NCBI GenBank assembly: GCA_965240325.2
Contig: OZ251243.1
Coordinates: 372,001-436,000 of the forward strand
DNA from: Rebecca billardiae RCC1528
Taxonomy: Eukaryota > Protista > Haptophyta
DNA length: 64,000 nucleotides
Reading direction: 5' to 3'
Shown: positions 46,546-62,083 of the stretch, piece by piece
How the letters are laid out: each line of letters begins with the position of its first letter
Numbering within the stretch: position 1 is the first letter of the stretch
Notes under the pieces: generated by a model
Databases searched by the model: none
What the model was told of the DNA's origin: nothing
Seen by the model: only the letters and a program-made list of their open reading frames with translations
Translations under genes and position numbers: made by a program

Positions 46546-47359
46546 TAGGGTGAGGGGTGGGTTAGGGTGAGGGTTAGGGTGAGGGTTAGGGTGAGGGTGA
46601 GGGTGAGGGTGAGGGGTGAGGGTGAGGGGTGAGGGTGAGGGTGAGCTCGGCCTGAGACTGCAGCGGGTCCGCGCACAGTGGCACGCGCGAGGTCTGTGGC
46701 GCGCGCGCGCGCGCGGGCGGGCGGGCGGGCGTGCGCGTGGGACGCGCCGCGCGCGCCTGTGCCCTGTAGTAGGCGCTGACGCCGTCGACGCGCGGTCCTT
46801 TAGGGCCACACATCACGCACTTGATGCCGCCGCTGAGCGCGTTGCACCCGCCGGCGCGGATGGCGCGGACGAGGAGCGACGGGCCGCTCTTCTCGAGCGC
46901 CGACTTGAGCCACGCCTCGCTGCGCGCCACCAGCGTCTTCTCATCCATTCCGCCCAGACCGCCGATGGGCGCTCCCAGCCCGCCGCCGCCGCCGCCGCCA
47001 AACGCGAGCGCGCCCGAGGCCGGCGGCGGCGGCGCACGCCAGCGGCTGTCGTCCTCGACGAGGAGCTCGCGCTCGTCCATCACGCTGTCGCCGAGCCCGC
47101 CGCCGACCGGCGTGAATGTGTCGCCGCCAAAGTCTGCGGCGTTGCCGTCGGCGCGTGCGCTCCCTCCCGCCTCGCTCGCGCCCGGCCACGCCGCGGCCGG
47201 CTCGCCTGTGGCGGCTTCGGCGGACCAGCCGAAGGGCGCGCTCTCGTCGCTCGCGCGGGGCGGGGGCAGGTGGAACTCGGGCTTCGCCGGCGTGCCGCCA
47301 AACGTGGCGAGGATACTTTCGCTGGGCGGACGTGAGGCGGACGACGTGTGTGTCGGCAT
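45801..47359 (-). CDS. ATP23: Mitochondrial inner-membrane protease ATP23 (peptidase M76); introns 46371-46756 (GC-AG) and 46077-46196
   Basis: VLLCADRL..ALGHELVHAYDHCR (HExxH), DC...ACTEVRA, CRAALDACFERCLADVAPF. The start codon is less certain. Confidence 0.85.
46376..46645. repeat. Interstitial telomere-like tract (TTAGGG/TGAGGG)n in ATP23 intron 1
   Basis: About 270 bp of mixed GGGTTA / GGGTGA / GGGGTGA units. Confidence 0.9.
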
Positions 47360-47512
47360 GGATCTCGGAGCCCGTCGAGACGTCCGCCGCTGCGCCACCG
47401 GACGCGGCGGCTGCCCAGCCAGGAGCAACCCGCGTGACTGAGGCTGGCCGCCATCGTGCACGTGCTCTCGGCCGGCCGGCCCGCTGCTTCGCGGCAGACC
47501 TCGGGGGTGACG

Positions 47513-47662
47513 ATGTCGCCGCGCCGCCGGCTGTGCTGCGCGTGCATCGCGAGCGCGCTTGCGCTGCACTCGGCGCCGGCGCGCGCGTTTGGGCTGGCGG
47601 GGGCGCGCCTGCGCCCACTCGCACTCGCCGCGCGCGGCGGCACGCGCGCCCTCCGCGCCGCG

Positions 47663-47699
<37 letters not shown>

Positions 47700-49352
47700 A
47701 CGAGCCCGCGGACACGAGCGCGGCGCACGCGCGCGAGGTGGTCTCACTCCACCGCCAGATCGCAGACTCCACGGCCCCGTCCGCGCCGGGCTCGAGCGCC
47801 GCGCGCGACGGCTCGGCGGCCGCGCACATCGCGCGCCAGGCGGCCGTTTTCGACGAAGCCTCCGCCTTCTTCGCCTCCGACGCGGCGTGCCCGGAGGACG
47901 TGAAGCCGCGGCTCGCGCGCATCGCGCGGCTGAGCGGGCTGCAGCCGGGCGACTCCGCCGTCGACGTGGGCTGCGGCACGGGCGCGCTCGTCCCCTTCCT
48001 CGCGCGCGAGTGCGGCGTCTCGCTTGCCGACCTTGTAGGCGTGGACGTTTCTGCGAAAATGCTTGCCGTGTGTGCGGAGCGGCACGCGCCGATGCGCACG
48101 GCGTGCGCGGACGTGGTGGCGTGGGCGGAGGCGGAGGCGCGGGCGGGGCGCGCGGGCGCGCACCGCGCCGTCTTCTTCAACGCGTGCTTCGGCAACATGC
48201 ACGACCAGCGCGCCGCGCTGCGCGCCGCCTCCATCGCGGCAGCGCCGGACGGGGCGCGCGTGCTAGTAACGCATCCGCTGGGTCGGGCTTTTGTTGAGCG
48301 GCTGCGCGCGGAGGACCCGAGCGTGGTGCCGCACGGCGTGCCGGGCAGCGCGGAGGAGGCGCGCGCGCTCGCAGAGGGGCTGCCGCTGCGCCTCCTCGAG
48401 CTGCACGACGAGCCCGACGCCCCGGAGCCGCCGCGCGGCGGCGGCGGCGAAGGCGGCGGCGGCGCGCCCGCCGCGGGGTTCTATGCCTGTGTCTTTGAGC
48501 AGTGGCGGCCTCGCGCGCTGCCGCGCGTGCGGCTGCTGCGCGGGGCGGTGGCGGAGGGGTACGGCCGCGGCTCGCGCAAGCTGGGCATCCCGACGGCGAA
48601 CCTCAAGGAGTCCGCCTTCGCCGGCGCGCTCCGGCCCGTGCCCACGGGCGTGTACTTTGGGTGCGGCGCGCGCGCGCGGCGCCGCGCGCGGCCTCGCGCC
48701 GCCGCGCGCTTACTACACTCCGCGCGCGCGCGCGCGCGCGCGCGTGTCCGTCCGCGCCGCAGCTGGGCGGTGGTGGAGGGCGCGGAGGGCGCGGCGGGCG
48801 GCGCGGTGCACCGCGCCGTGGTCAACGTGGGCTACTCGCCCACCTTCGCCGGCGCGGAGAACGCCGAGAAGATCGTCGAGGCGCACCTGGTCCCACCGGA
48901 CTCTGGGCGCGCGTTCGGCCCGGACTTTTACGGCCGACCGATGCGGCTGCTGCTGTGCGGCCAGGTGCGGCCGGAGAAGAAGTTCGACGGCTTCGCGACG
49001 CTGCTCGCGAACATACAGCAGGCGCGCGCAGCCCCCCGCACGCACGCCCTCGCGCGCCGCCCGCCCGCAACGCGCGCCCCCCCCCAAAAACCCGCCCGCC
49101 TGCCGCGGCCGCGGCCGCGCGCCTGGGCCGCCGCGCGCCCCGTGTGCGCATGCGCAGGATGTGAGGGACTCTGTGGCTGCGCTCGGCGAGGAGCCGTTCG
49201 CCGCGTTCGCGCGAGACCCGTTCCTGGTGGCGGGGCTGCCGAGCGACGGCGCGGCCGGGCTGGCCCCGGGCGACGAGGTGCCCGCCATCTTCGAGGAGGT
49301 CGACTTTGCTCTGGCGCTCTCGGCGGCGCGCGCGCAGCGGCAGCAGCCGTGA
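47513..49352 (+). CDS. Class I SAM-methyltransferase - riboflavin kinase fusion, probably plastid-targeted; introns 48661-48762 and 49022-49157 (GC-AG)
   Basis: MTase: AVDVGCGTG, VGVDVSAKML. RFK: GYGRGSRKLGIPTANL, GVYFGWA, VNVGYSPTF, EAHL, DFYG, RPEKKF. Both domains begin in the same exon. Signal peptide followed by ARA-F. Confidence 0.85.
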
Positions 49353-50031
49353 CCCGTCACGCGCGTGTGAGCGAGCGCCGCGGCCGCGGGGCCGCCCCCC
49401 CGAGGACTCCGCGCCCCGCGTGGCCCCGACGCTGCGCCCGCGGGCGTGCGTGCCGGGAGGGCGGAGCATACTCTGCACCGGGACGAGCGTGCCGCAAGTT
49501 GGCCGATCCGCCTTGCGCCCAGCGGACCAGCGGGGCCCCAGGGCTCGGTGGGCGCCAGCGGCATCCAGATACCGCGCCTGACAGTGACAACTAGTAACTA
49601 CGCGACTACGTCTACTGCTGCGCTGTCATCAATCACGCGCGTCGCCGCGTCGCGCCGCAGTGCGTCGACAGACTCTTTTACGACTGCTGCGGCGCGCTGA
49701 TCGCGAGTCTACGGTAGGCGTAGTATGATGTGACGATGACGGAGTCATCAGTGACGATGATCGATGCACGCAGCATATACACGCTGCCATATCTGGCAGC
49801 CTGCCAAGCGGCGCGCAGCACAGGATCCCGCCGCACCGTGACCGGTCGCCCGTGCCCCGTCCGCGCCGTCGCAGCGCCCCGCGCCCCGCTGCCTGATGGC
49901 GACGCGCCCGGCACGCCGGAGCCGAGTCCGCCCGAGTCAGCGCGGGGCTCCCCTCGCAGTAGTCGTACTCGTCGTAAGTCACTCGTCAGTCAGTGGATGA
50001 TACGGTGCGCGGGGCGGTCGGCGCGCGCCCC

Positions 50032-53209
<3,178 letters not shown>

Positions 53210-53347
53210 TCACTGATGACTTCAGACTGTTTGGTGATGCCTGATCAAGAGACCGGTCACTGGCCATCGGGCCAGTCCACGGGTGGCGGCTTGGCGAGCG
53301 GGGACGAGCAGGAACGACGAGCCGACCTGGATTGAAAAGCCCAAACG

Positions 53348-56267
53348 ATGGATGCACGCGGCGCGGCACGCGGGCACCCCGGTCGGGCCCCGCGCGGCGG
53401 CGGGCGCTGGGGCGGCGGCGGCGGCCGCGGCTGGCGCGGCGGCGGCGCCCACGGCGGCGCACCCGCCCGCGGGCGCGGCCGCGGCGGCTCGTACCACCCG
53501 CCCGCGCACCAACACCACAAGCGCCCGCTGCCCGCGCCCGCGGCAGGCTCGTCGCATCGGCAGTGGAAGCGCGTGCGAACGGAGGAGACGGTCGCGCTGC
53601 CCGTCGCCGAGCACCGCGGCGCGATCGTCGAGGCGGTGCGCACCTCGCGCGTCGTCGTCATCTCCGGCGACACGGGCTGCGGCAAGTCCACGCAGGTGCC
53701 GCAGTATCTGCTGGATGCGGAGCCGGCCGCTTTGATCGCGTGCACGCAGCCGCGGCGCATCGCGGCGAAGACGCTCGCGCAGCGCGTGGCGCGCGAGCGG
53801 TGCACGCCGGTGGGGCACGAGATCGGCTACGCCATCTCGCGCGAGCACGCCGCCAAGCGCGGCACCACGCGCTGCACCTTCCTCACCGTCGGCCTACTGC
53901 TGCAGATGCTGATCTTTGACCGCAAGCGCCGGAGCGCGCCGCCGCAGCCGCCGCCGCCGCAGCAGCCGGCAGCGGCGGGCGCGGAGGAGGCGGCCGGCCC
54001 GAGCGGCGCGTGCGCCGAGGAGGACGCCGAGCTGCGCGGCGGGCTGCCGTACACGCACATCGTCGTGGACGAGGCGCACGAGCGGGACATCGACATCGAC
54101 CTCTTGCTGCTGTTGCTGCGCAGGCTCGTGCATCGCGCGGCCGCGGCCAGCGGGGAGGCGGAGGAGGGGGACGAGGAGGAGGGGGTCGAGGCCGACGGCG
54201 CCGAAGCCGAGCGCGCCGACGCGCCGATGCCGGACGCCGACGGCGCCGCGGCCGGCGCGCCCGCGGCCGGCGCGCCCGCGGCCGGCGCGCCCGCGGCCGC
54301 GCGCCCGCGGCGGCGCGGCTTGACAGTCGTGATCATGTCGGCGACGATCAACGTGCAGAAGCTGGTCGAGTACTTCTCCACGCCGCCGCCGCAGAGCGGT
54401 GCGCGCGAGGGGGGCCGTCGGCTCGTCTCCTCCACGCCGCTGCCGCGCCGCGCGCGCGCGCGCGCCGCGAGCTGACGGCCCGTGTCGCGCGCCGCCCCCG
54501 CCGCGCGCGCCGCCCGCCCGCACGCCCCGCCGAGCAGCGATCGACGCCGTGACGGGCGAGACGGTCCCGCTGCAGCTCAGCCCGCTCCCCGTGCCGCAGC
54601 TCGCCGTGGGCGCGCGGCTGCACCCCGTGACGGGTGCGCGCCACGACGAGGCTCCGCGCCCGCGGCGGTGGGGCGGGTGTGCCCGTTTCGCGCCCTTTTT
54701 TTCTTCTCCTTTTTCAATTCTCGCCCCGGTGTTGTGCTGGTGCGGCGAGGTTCCGCGCCCGCGGCGGTGGGGGGGGGGGGCGCCGTTTCGCGCCCTTTTT
54801 TTTCTCCTTTTTCAATTCTCGCCCCCCGGTGTTGTGCTGGTGCGGCGAGGCTCCGCGCCCGCGGCGGTGTGGCCGGCCGCGGCGCCGAGTGCGCGACGCG
54901 CCTCACCGCACAGCCGCGGCGGCGCCCCTCCCCCGGCCGCACCCGCAACACATCCCCGCGTGGCGGGCGCGCAACAGTCACCTACTTAGACGAGCTTGCC
55001 GCCGCGCTGCCGCCCGAGCAGCGCGAGATTGCATCTCGCGAGTGCAAGGCCGCCACAGCACCGCTCGCCGCCGCGCTCGCCGCGTCGTCCGCGGGCGGCG
55101 GCGCGGGCTCGGGCGGCGGCGGCGGCGGCGGCGCGCCGAGCGCGCGCGGCGTGCGGCTGAGCCCGCAGCTCATTGCGCTCGCCGCGCACGTGGTCGGCCG
55201 CCTGCCTCAGATCGTGGCACAACTGCACGGTGGCGGCGCAGCGGGCGAGGGCGGCGGCGGCGACGGCGCGGCGGGCGAGGGCGGCGGCGGCGGCGGCGCG
55301 GAGGGCGAGGGCGGCGGCGGCGGCGCGGCGTCCTCCGCCCGCGGCGCGGCGCTGCCGCCGGCCGGCGCGGCCGCTCTTGTCTTCATGCCCGGTGTGGCCG
55401 AGATCGCCGAGCTCACCAAAGCCCTCGCGGCGCTGCCGGCGGAGGCGGGCGCGGCTCTGCGCGTGCTACCGTTACATTCATTGCTGGACTCAGCGGAGCA
55501 GGCGCGCGCGCGCGCCCGCCCGCGCGCGCGAGGTGGTCTGCGCCGCACACCGCGCGCGCGCGCGCGACCACGCTTCGCACCTCGGGCGCGCACACACGCG
55601 CGCATCGCCCCGCCGCTCTGCAGCCCGCCGCCCCGCCGCCACACACACGGGAGCGAGCACGCGGCACGCGCGCGCACGCCACAGCACCCCAGCACTGACA
55701 CCGGCCCCCAAGCGCACCCGCCGCGCGCGCGCGCCGCCTGTCCGATGGCGCGTGTGCCTGCGCCTGCCCCGCTCTCGGCCCCGCGCCCCAGGAGCGCGTG
55801 TTCGAGACCGTGCCGCCCGGCGTGCGCAAGGTTGTGCTCACGACCAACATCGGCGAGTCTTCCATCACCATTCCCGACGTCGGTTACGTGGTCGACCTCG
55901 GGCTCGAGAAACTGCCGCATTTCAACGCGGGATCCAACATGGAAGCCATGCTGCTCTCGAGGTCGAGCAAGGCGAGCGCACGGCAGGTGCGCGCGGCGGA
56001 GGGCGAGGGGGCCCCGGCGCGCGGGCAGCGCGCGCTGGCGCGGCGGGCGCGGGCGCGGCACTCAGCCGAGAGCGCGCGCGCGCGCGCGCTCGCTCGCACC
56101 GCGCGCGCGCGCAGCGCGCGGGCCGCTGCGGCCGCGTGGGGCCGGGGGTGGCCATGCGGCTGTACCCGCGCGCGCTCGTCGAGGGCATGCCCGGCGCGGG
56201 CGGCGGCGCGGACGCGGGCGGCGGCCGCGCCGGCGGCGGCGCCGCCGAGTACGGCGCAGCGGCGGCA

Positions 56268-56311
<44 letters not shown>

Positions 56312-58150
56312 GCATCAGGCTGGGCTCACGGCCGCTGGCCTGCTGCGTGACTTCACGCTGCCCGAGATGCAGCGCACCTCGCTGCTCAACCTCGTCCTCA
56401 AGGTGCGGCGCACGCGCACGCACACGCGCACGCATGCACGCACACGCACATGCGCGCACACGCACACGCACATGCGCGCACACACACACGCACGCGCACA
56501 CACGCACGCACACGCACACACGCACATACACACGCACACACACGCAGGCGACCGGCCGACCGCCCCACCGGGCGGCCCGGCGGCCGCGCGGCCGGCCGGC
56601 TGGCGCCCCCACGGCGCGACGGCCCTTTGGCACCTGCCATGCCCCGCCCGCCCCTCCGCCCAAAGCGAATCCTTCAACACACTCATCAAGCAATAATGCC
56701 GCCCGCGCCGCGCCGCGCCGCGCCGCGCGCGCCGCGCCGCGCCGCGCGCGCCGCCTGGCTGGCAGGTCAAGCTGATGCAACCCGGCGCGGCCGCGGGCTC
56801 GGTGCTGCGCGAGGCGCTGGAGCCGCCCGACGTCTCCGCCGTCACCGCCGCCACCGCCGAGCTCGTCAGCATCGGCGCGCTCACGGCGGGCGGGCGGCAC
56901 GCGACGCGGTGCGCGCCGCGAGCGCGCGCGCGCGCCGCGGCCGCGCGCGCGCCGCGGCCGCGCGCGCGCTGAGCAGCCGCGCGCCACACGCCCGCGCGGC
57001 CGGCGCGCGCGCGCGGCGCGCAGGCTGGGCGCGCTGGTGGCGCCGCTGCCCTGCTCCGCGCCCGTGGGCCGGCTGTGCGTGCTCGGCGAGGCGCTCGGCG
57101 TGGGCAAGGCCGCCGCTGTGCTCTGCGCCGCGCTCTCTCTCCCCGACGTTTTCGTGCAGCCGTTCCTCGCGCCGCCGCCGCCAGGCCAGCACCACGCGGA
57201 CGGCGCGGGCGCCGCCGCGGCCGCTGAGTATCGCTTCGCGTGTGACGACGTGCTCGCGTTCAAGAAGCGGCTCGAGCTGTTCCACGCCACAGGTGCGCGC
57301 GCTGGTGTGTGTGTGCGTGCGTGCGTGCGTGTGTGTGCGGCGAGCGAGCGACGGGGTCGCGCCCCGACGCCCCTCAGGCGGCTGCTGCCCCCTCCCCGAC
57401 CGCCGCCGCCTCTCACGCGCCGCGCGGTCCGCTCCGCGCGCGCGCGCTCGCTTCTCTATTTTTCCTCATTTTTCATCTCCTCATTCCGATGGACGCGCCG
57501 CCCAGGCTCCTCCGACCCGCTCTGCACGCTGGCTGTCCACCGTGAGTGGCAGCGGCAGCTGCAGGGCTCGGGCCCGGCGGGGGCGGCGCGGTACGCGCGG
57601 CTGATGCACTGCTCGTACAAGCGGCTGGTCGAGGTGCGGCGCACAGCCACAACCACAACCCGAACCCGAACCTAGGCGGTCGGTCAGGGGGTGGGGAGGA
57701 GGCAGGGCGAGCTGCGCGGCGCACGCTCCCGCGCAGCTCGCCCGCGCGGCGCCGCGGAGGCGCGGGTGCTGCGTGCGCACGCGCGCTCGCGCGCGCGCAG
57801 CCCGCGGCGCCGCTCACACCGCGCGCCCGCACGCCCCGTGCACGCGCGCGCTGCCCCCACGCCAATGCGCCGCTGCACGCGCCGCCGCCCGCGCCGCAGC
57901 TCGACTGTCTCGCGCGCGAGCTCGGGCAGCGGCTTGGCGCGCAGCGCCGCGCGCTGTCACTGCCCGCGCCGCCCGGCGCGGCCGGCGGCGCCGACAGCGA
58001 CCCTCTGGTGATGGTTGCTCTGTTGTGCGCAGCCTTCAGCCCGTCGTTTGCGCAGGCGGAGGCGTGGGATGGGGGCGCGGCGGACGGCGGCGCGGCCGCC
58101 GAGGCGGCGCGCGCCGCCGCGTGCACCGTGCGCTTCAGCGCCGTGAGCAC

Positions 58151-58208
<58 letters not shown>

Positions 58209-60195
58209 AGTGGCACGCCGAGCGCCGCCGCGGCCGCCGCCGCAGCTGCCGCCGCCGCCGCCGCCGCCGAGGGTGGCCTGGCTGCCGCCGCCGCCGCCGC
58301 CGGTGCCGGCGGTGCCGGCGGTCTCTCAGAGGTTGTGACGGAGGCCGTGGTGCGCCGCGCGCTCGAGCCGTGTGGACCCATCGCCGAGGTCGGGCTCGGC
58401 GGCGCCGACGCGGCCGCGCCGCCGCCCAACCAGCCCGGCGGCGCGGCGGACGGCGGCGCGGCCGCGGGCTCGGCGGACGGCGGCGGCGGCGGCGGTCTGC
58501 GCGTGCGCGTGCGCTTTGCCCTGCCGCTCGGCGCGCAGCTCGCGCTGCGGATGCTCGGGCTGAAGGGCCAGCTGCCACTGCTCGCGCTCCCGCCGAGCGC
58601 GCCGGGCTCGGCCGCCGCGCTCGGCCGCGCGGCCGCGCAGCCACAGGCGGAGGCCGAGCGCGCGCGCGCGCCCGCGCCGGCCGGCGGCGGCGCGGCCGGC
58701 GGCGGCGGCGGGCGCGGCGGCGGCGGCGAGCGCGCCGCCTCCGCCGGCACCGCGGTCGGCGCGCCGCCCGCGCTGCTTCTCGAGCCGTGGCACGCGCCGC
58801 TCCTCCGATTCCAGCGCGCAGCCGTCGCCGCGTCCAACCCCGCGCACGTGGTCGAACCTTACTGGCAGTCAGGCGCGTGCAACTTGGCGGATCAGCTCCG
58901 GCCGGCCGGCGCGGCGGCCAAGGCGGCGGCCGCGGCCGCAGCCACGGCGGGTGCGGTGCCAGAGCACGCGGCGGGGAGCGGCGGCTCGGCCGAGCCGCCC
59001 GCGCGCGGCGGGCGGCACCGGTACCTGCTCGCGGCCGCGTTCTCCCACGCGGGCCTCTCCCGGCACAAGCACCTCGCGCAGGCGCCGACGCTTCTGCCCG
59101 CCGCGCCGCCGATGGCGGCCGAGCTACTCATGTGCGGAGCTCGGCGCGCGCGCGCGCGCGGACGCGCGCGGCGGGTCTCGCGTGCACGCGCGCGCGCGGA
59201 CGCGCGCGCGCGCGGAGGGCGCGGCGCGCGCGCCCCGCGCGAGCTCGGCGCGCGCGTGCGCCGCCGCCCGCCGGCGCGCGCCACGCTGAGCGCAAGGCGC
59301 GCCACTGCCGCCCGCCTCGCCCTCCGCGCCGCCCCCCGCCCCCGCCCCGCGCGCAGGCTGACGTTCTCACGAAGGGTCCTCCTGGTCCCGAACCGCGCGC
59401 GCACTCGCGTCGTGTGCGCGTGGCTCGGCAGCGGCGACGACGGGCAGGGAGTGCCGCTGTGGCGCGAGGTGTGCGCCGCCGCGCGAGCTCGCGGCCGCGC
59501 GGCGCGGCGCGGCGGCCCTTGCGCGCCGACCGGCCGCGCGACCAAGCCCCCGCTCCGTCCGCTCTCACATCGCTCGCCGCGCCGCGCAACAACGCCCTGG
59601 CCCCGCGCGCCACGCGCGCACGCGCGCATACACACCCGTGCGCGCTGCCCGCACGCACGCCCGCACACACGCGCGCCTGCGCGCTGCCCGTCGGCTGGGC
59701 GCTGCGCTTATATCTCTTTACAATGTGTATCTCTTTGTTTTGGTGCAGCTGAGCGCCGCGGACGTTGAGGAGCTCAACTCGCTGCGCGCGGCCATCAGCG
59801 CGGCGGTGGGCAGTGGGCCGGTGCAGCCGGCGGCGGCCGAGGCGGCGGGCACACCAGCCGCCGCAGCCGCCGCCGCAGCCGCAGCCGCGCCCGCCGCCGC
59901 GACCACGGCCGCCGCCGCGCCGCCGTCGGCGGTGCTGCCGCCGGCGAGCGTGCAGCGCCGGCTGCTGCAGCTGCTCGGCAAGCGGCGCGCGCCCGCGCCC
60001 GCCGCCGACCTCGAGCAGGCGGCCGAGGCGGTGGCGAAGGCGCTCGAGGCGGTGAAGGCGGGCGGCGACGGCGCGCGCGCGCTCGACGCCGAGCGCGCCG
60101 ACGCGCTGCTGCGCGGCGCCGACGGCGTGCTGCTGCCGCCCGTGCCCTCGCCGCTGTACGACTACTCGCCCGAGGAGATGGACGGCTTCCGCTGA
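53348..60195 (+). CDS. DEAH-box RNA helicase, TDRD9/Spindle-E-like; 11 exons (introns 54399-54537, 54634-54977, 55502-55791, 55987-56114, 56403-56765, 56909-57023, 57293-57505, 57634-57899, 59132-59356, 59469-59748)
   Basis: [59 protein letters not shown] and HA2 region. All ten inferred splices keep the frame. Confidence 0.9.
54648..54872. repeat. ~100-bp tandem repeat (about 2.2 units) in helicase intron 2
   Basis: GAGG(C/T)TCCGCGCCCGCGGCGGTG...TTTTCAATTCTCGCCCC.GGTGTTGTGCTGGTGCGGC; units start near 54648, 54747 and 54847. Confidence 0.85.
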
Positions 60196-60479
60196 GCGTG
60201 GGCTGCCGATAGGCATAGCGCGCTTGATTCGCTCGTGACGACTGGGCTGACGCACTGACGTGTCGCGGGCCTCGGCATCACGCTGCATGCACGGCGGGCC
60301 GCCCGCACTCTAATCTCTATCTCTTCCGCGAGACGGTCAGACGACAGTAGACTGACCCGGCTCGCCGCCCGGTCCGCTCCCCGGCACCGGCGCAAGTCAC
60401 AATATATATATATATATGACTCTGACGCCTGCCCGTTCAGCATACCACGTCGTTAATATATATATATCAGATATATATA

Positions 60480-62083
60480 GGACCGCGTTCCGCGGTCCTT
60501 TTCCGTAGAACGAACGTAGTTCAGGGCCCGCGGTGGCGGTGCACCCTCCGTCGCAGTCGTCTATTGACAGACCAGTTGCATATGCCCGTACAACTAGACT
60601 CCAGCGGCGCGCCGCCGCCCGCCGCGCCGGGCGGGCCCATTGCAGCCGCCGGCGCGGCGCCGATTGTGTACAGGCGGATGCGACGAGGCGTGATCGACGC
60701 ATGAGCGCGACTCCACGTGCACACCAGGCCACGCGGAGCTGACAGCCAGGGAGCACGGTGCGGGGCCGCGGATTCGTTCGGGCCGCTGCTGCTGACCGCT
60801 GTCCCCGGGGTCACCCCCCGCGCCGGCAGCGCCCGGGATGATGCACTGGTCCGAGTAGGGTTCGACCAGCGCCTGCGCGACGGCCGACAGGCGGGCGCGA
60901 GGCGTGATCGACGCATGAGCGCAACTCTACGTGCACGCCAGGCCACGCGGAGCTGACAGCCCGAGGGAGCACGGTGCCGAGGTGCGAGGGCACCGGTGAT
61001 CCGGTTCGCGCACTCGCCGCGCGTGCACGGGCAGCTGACACACCTCGATCAGGCTCGGCACGCGTTGCAGAGGCACGGCCAGCTCTGGGGACGTCACGCA
61101 CCACCGTCGCCCGCGCAGCTCGTCCTCCTCGTAGAGTACCGTTCAGTTCCGAGGCGTAGCCCTCGCTCAGAGTCGACCGACGATGGACTTGGATCGTCGG
61201 CGCGCCTGCTCTCTCTCAATCAAGAAGACTGAAGAGTTCTGGGAGACCCCGGAAAGGCATGGCAAGGGCGGCGCGTGGTGAAGTCGAAGGCTCAGAGATC
61301 GATCAGTCCGGCATCAGGCGCCGCTGCCCCCGAGCTTGCGAGAGCCCGAACACAGGGCGGCGGCTGCGGCGCCGGCTCGCGGACGCGCCGGGGCCGCGCA
61401 AGGCCGCGCCGAGGCATCGACAGGGCGGCAGGGGCGGCGGGGGCGCGCGGAGTGAGCGGGGGCACGACGAACGCGATGTCGACGGCAGTCGGGACCCGCC
61501 GCAGCCGCGCGCTCCAGGCGCCATTCGCCGCGCGCACCTGCCCATCGCCGTCCTCACCCGTCGGTCGCTCGTGAGCCTCGTGCCCGTGGCTCGCCTCCAA
61601 ACGCGGGCCGCCTCTGGTGGGCCGCCGCCCGGGGCCGCGCGCGCGCCCAACCAAGTCCGTTCGCGTCAGATAGTATTGAGATATACGCCGAGCTTGGGCC
61701 CTCTGCTACTGACCCTTGCCTTGTCGGCTCCTGATACAGATAGGGCGCGATTGAATAGTTGATCAACTGATTCAAGGGACGTATGCATTGTCACATCGGT
61801 TCGCGGCAATCTCACTATCAAACTAAATCGCTCGTAACGAACCGTTACGTTAAAGTCACGGCCGCTCACGTCCCGTCCATCGATTGAATAGGGGAATGTC
61901 GTGGACGCGGTTATTTCTCCGTAATGCATGTGTAGAGAGGGTCTCAAAAATCGAAACTCGGTCACCGCCAGCCCTAAAAATCGCCCCCCGTCCCTTTTTT
62001 CTTGATCAAAGATCTTTTTGAAACGTGGTTAGGGCCCACGGAGCGGGCTCCACGCTGCGCGTTCCGCCCTGCACCGCGGGCCA
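60480..62083 (-). mobile_element. Non-autonomous Helitron2/Helentron-like element, copy 2
   Basis: Hairpin GGACCGCG-TTC-CGCGGTCC at 60480-60498 abutting (TA)n. Asymmetric IR at 60525-60535 and 62072-62082. Colinear with 1-1650. Confidence 0.7.

Noticed and set aside
46376-46645. A true chromosome end, or an (LT)n/(HP)n repeat protein
   Set aside because: The tract is degenerate, internal and lies between in-frame ATP23 exons.
58154-58300. (GGC)n/(GCC)n runs as special elements
   Set aside because: Poly-Gly/Ala insertions occur in many exons of this window; background low complexity.
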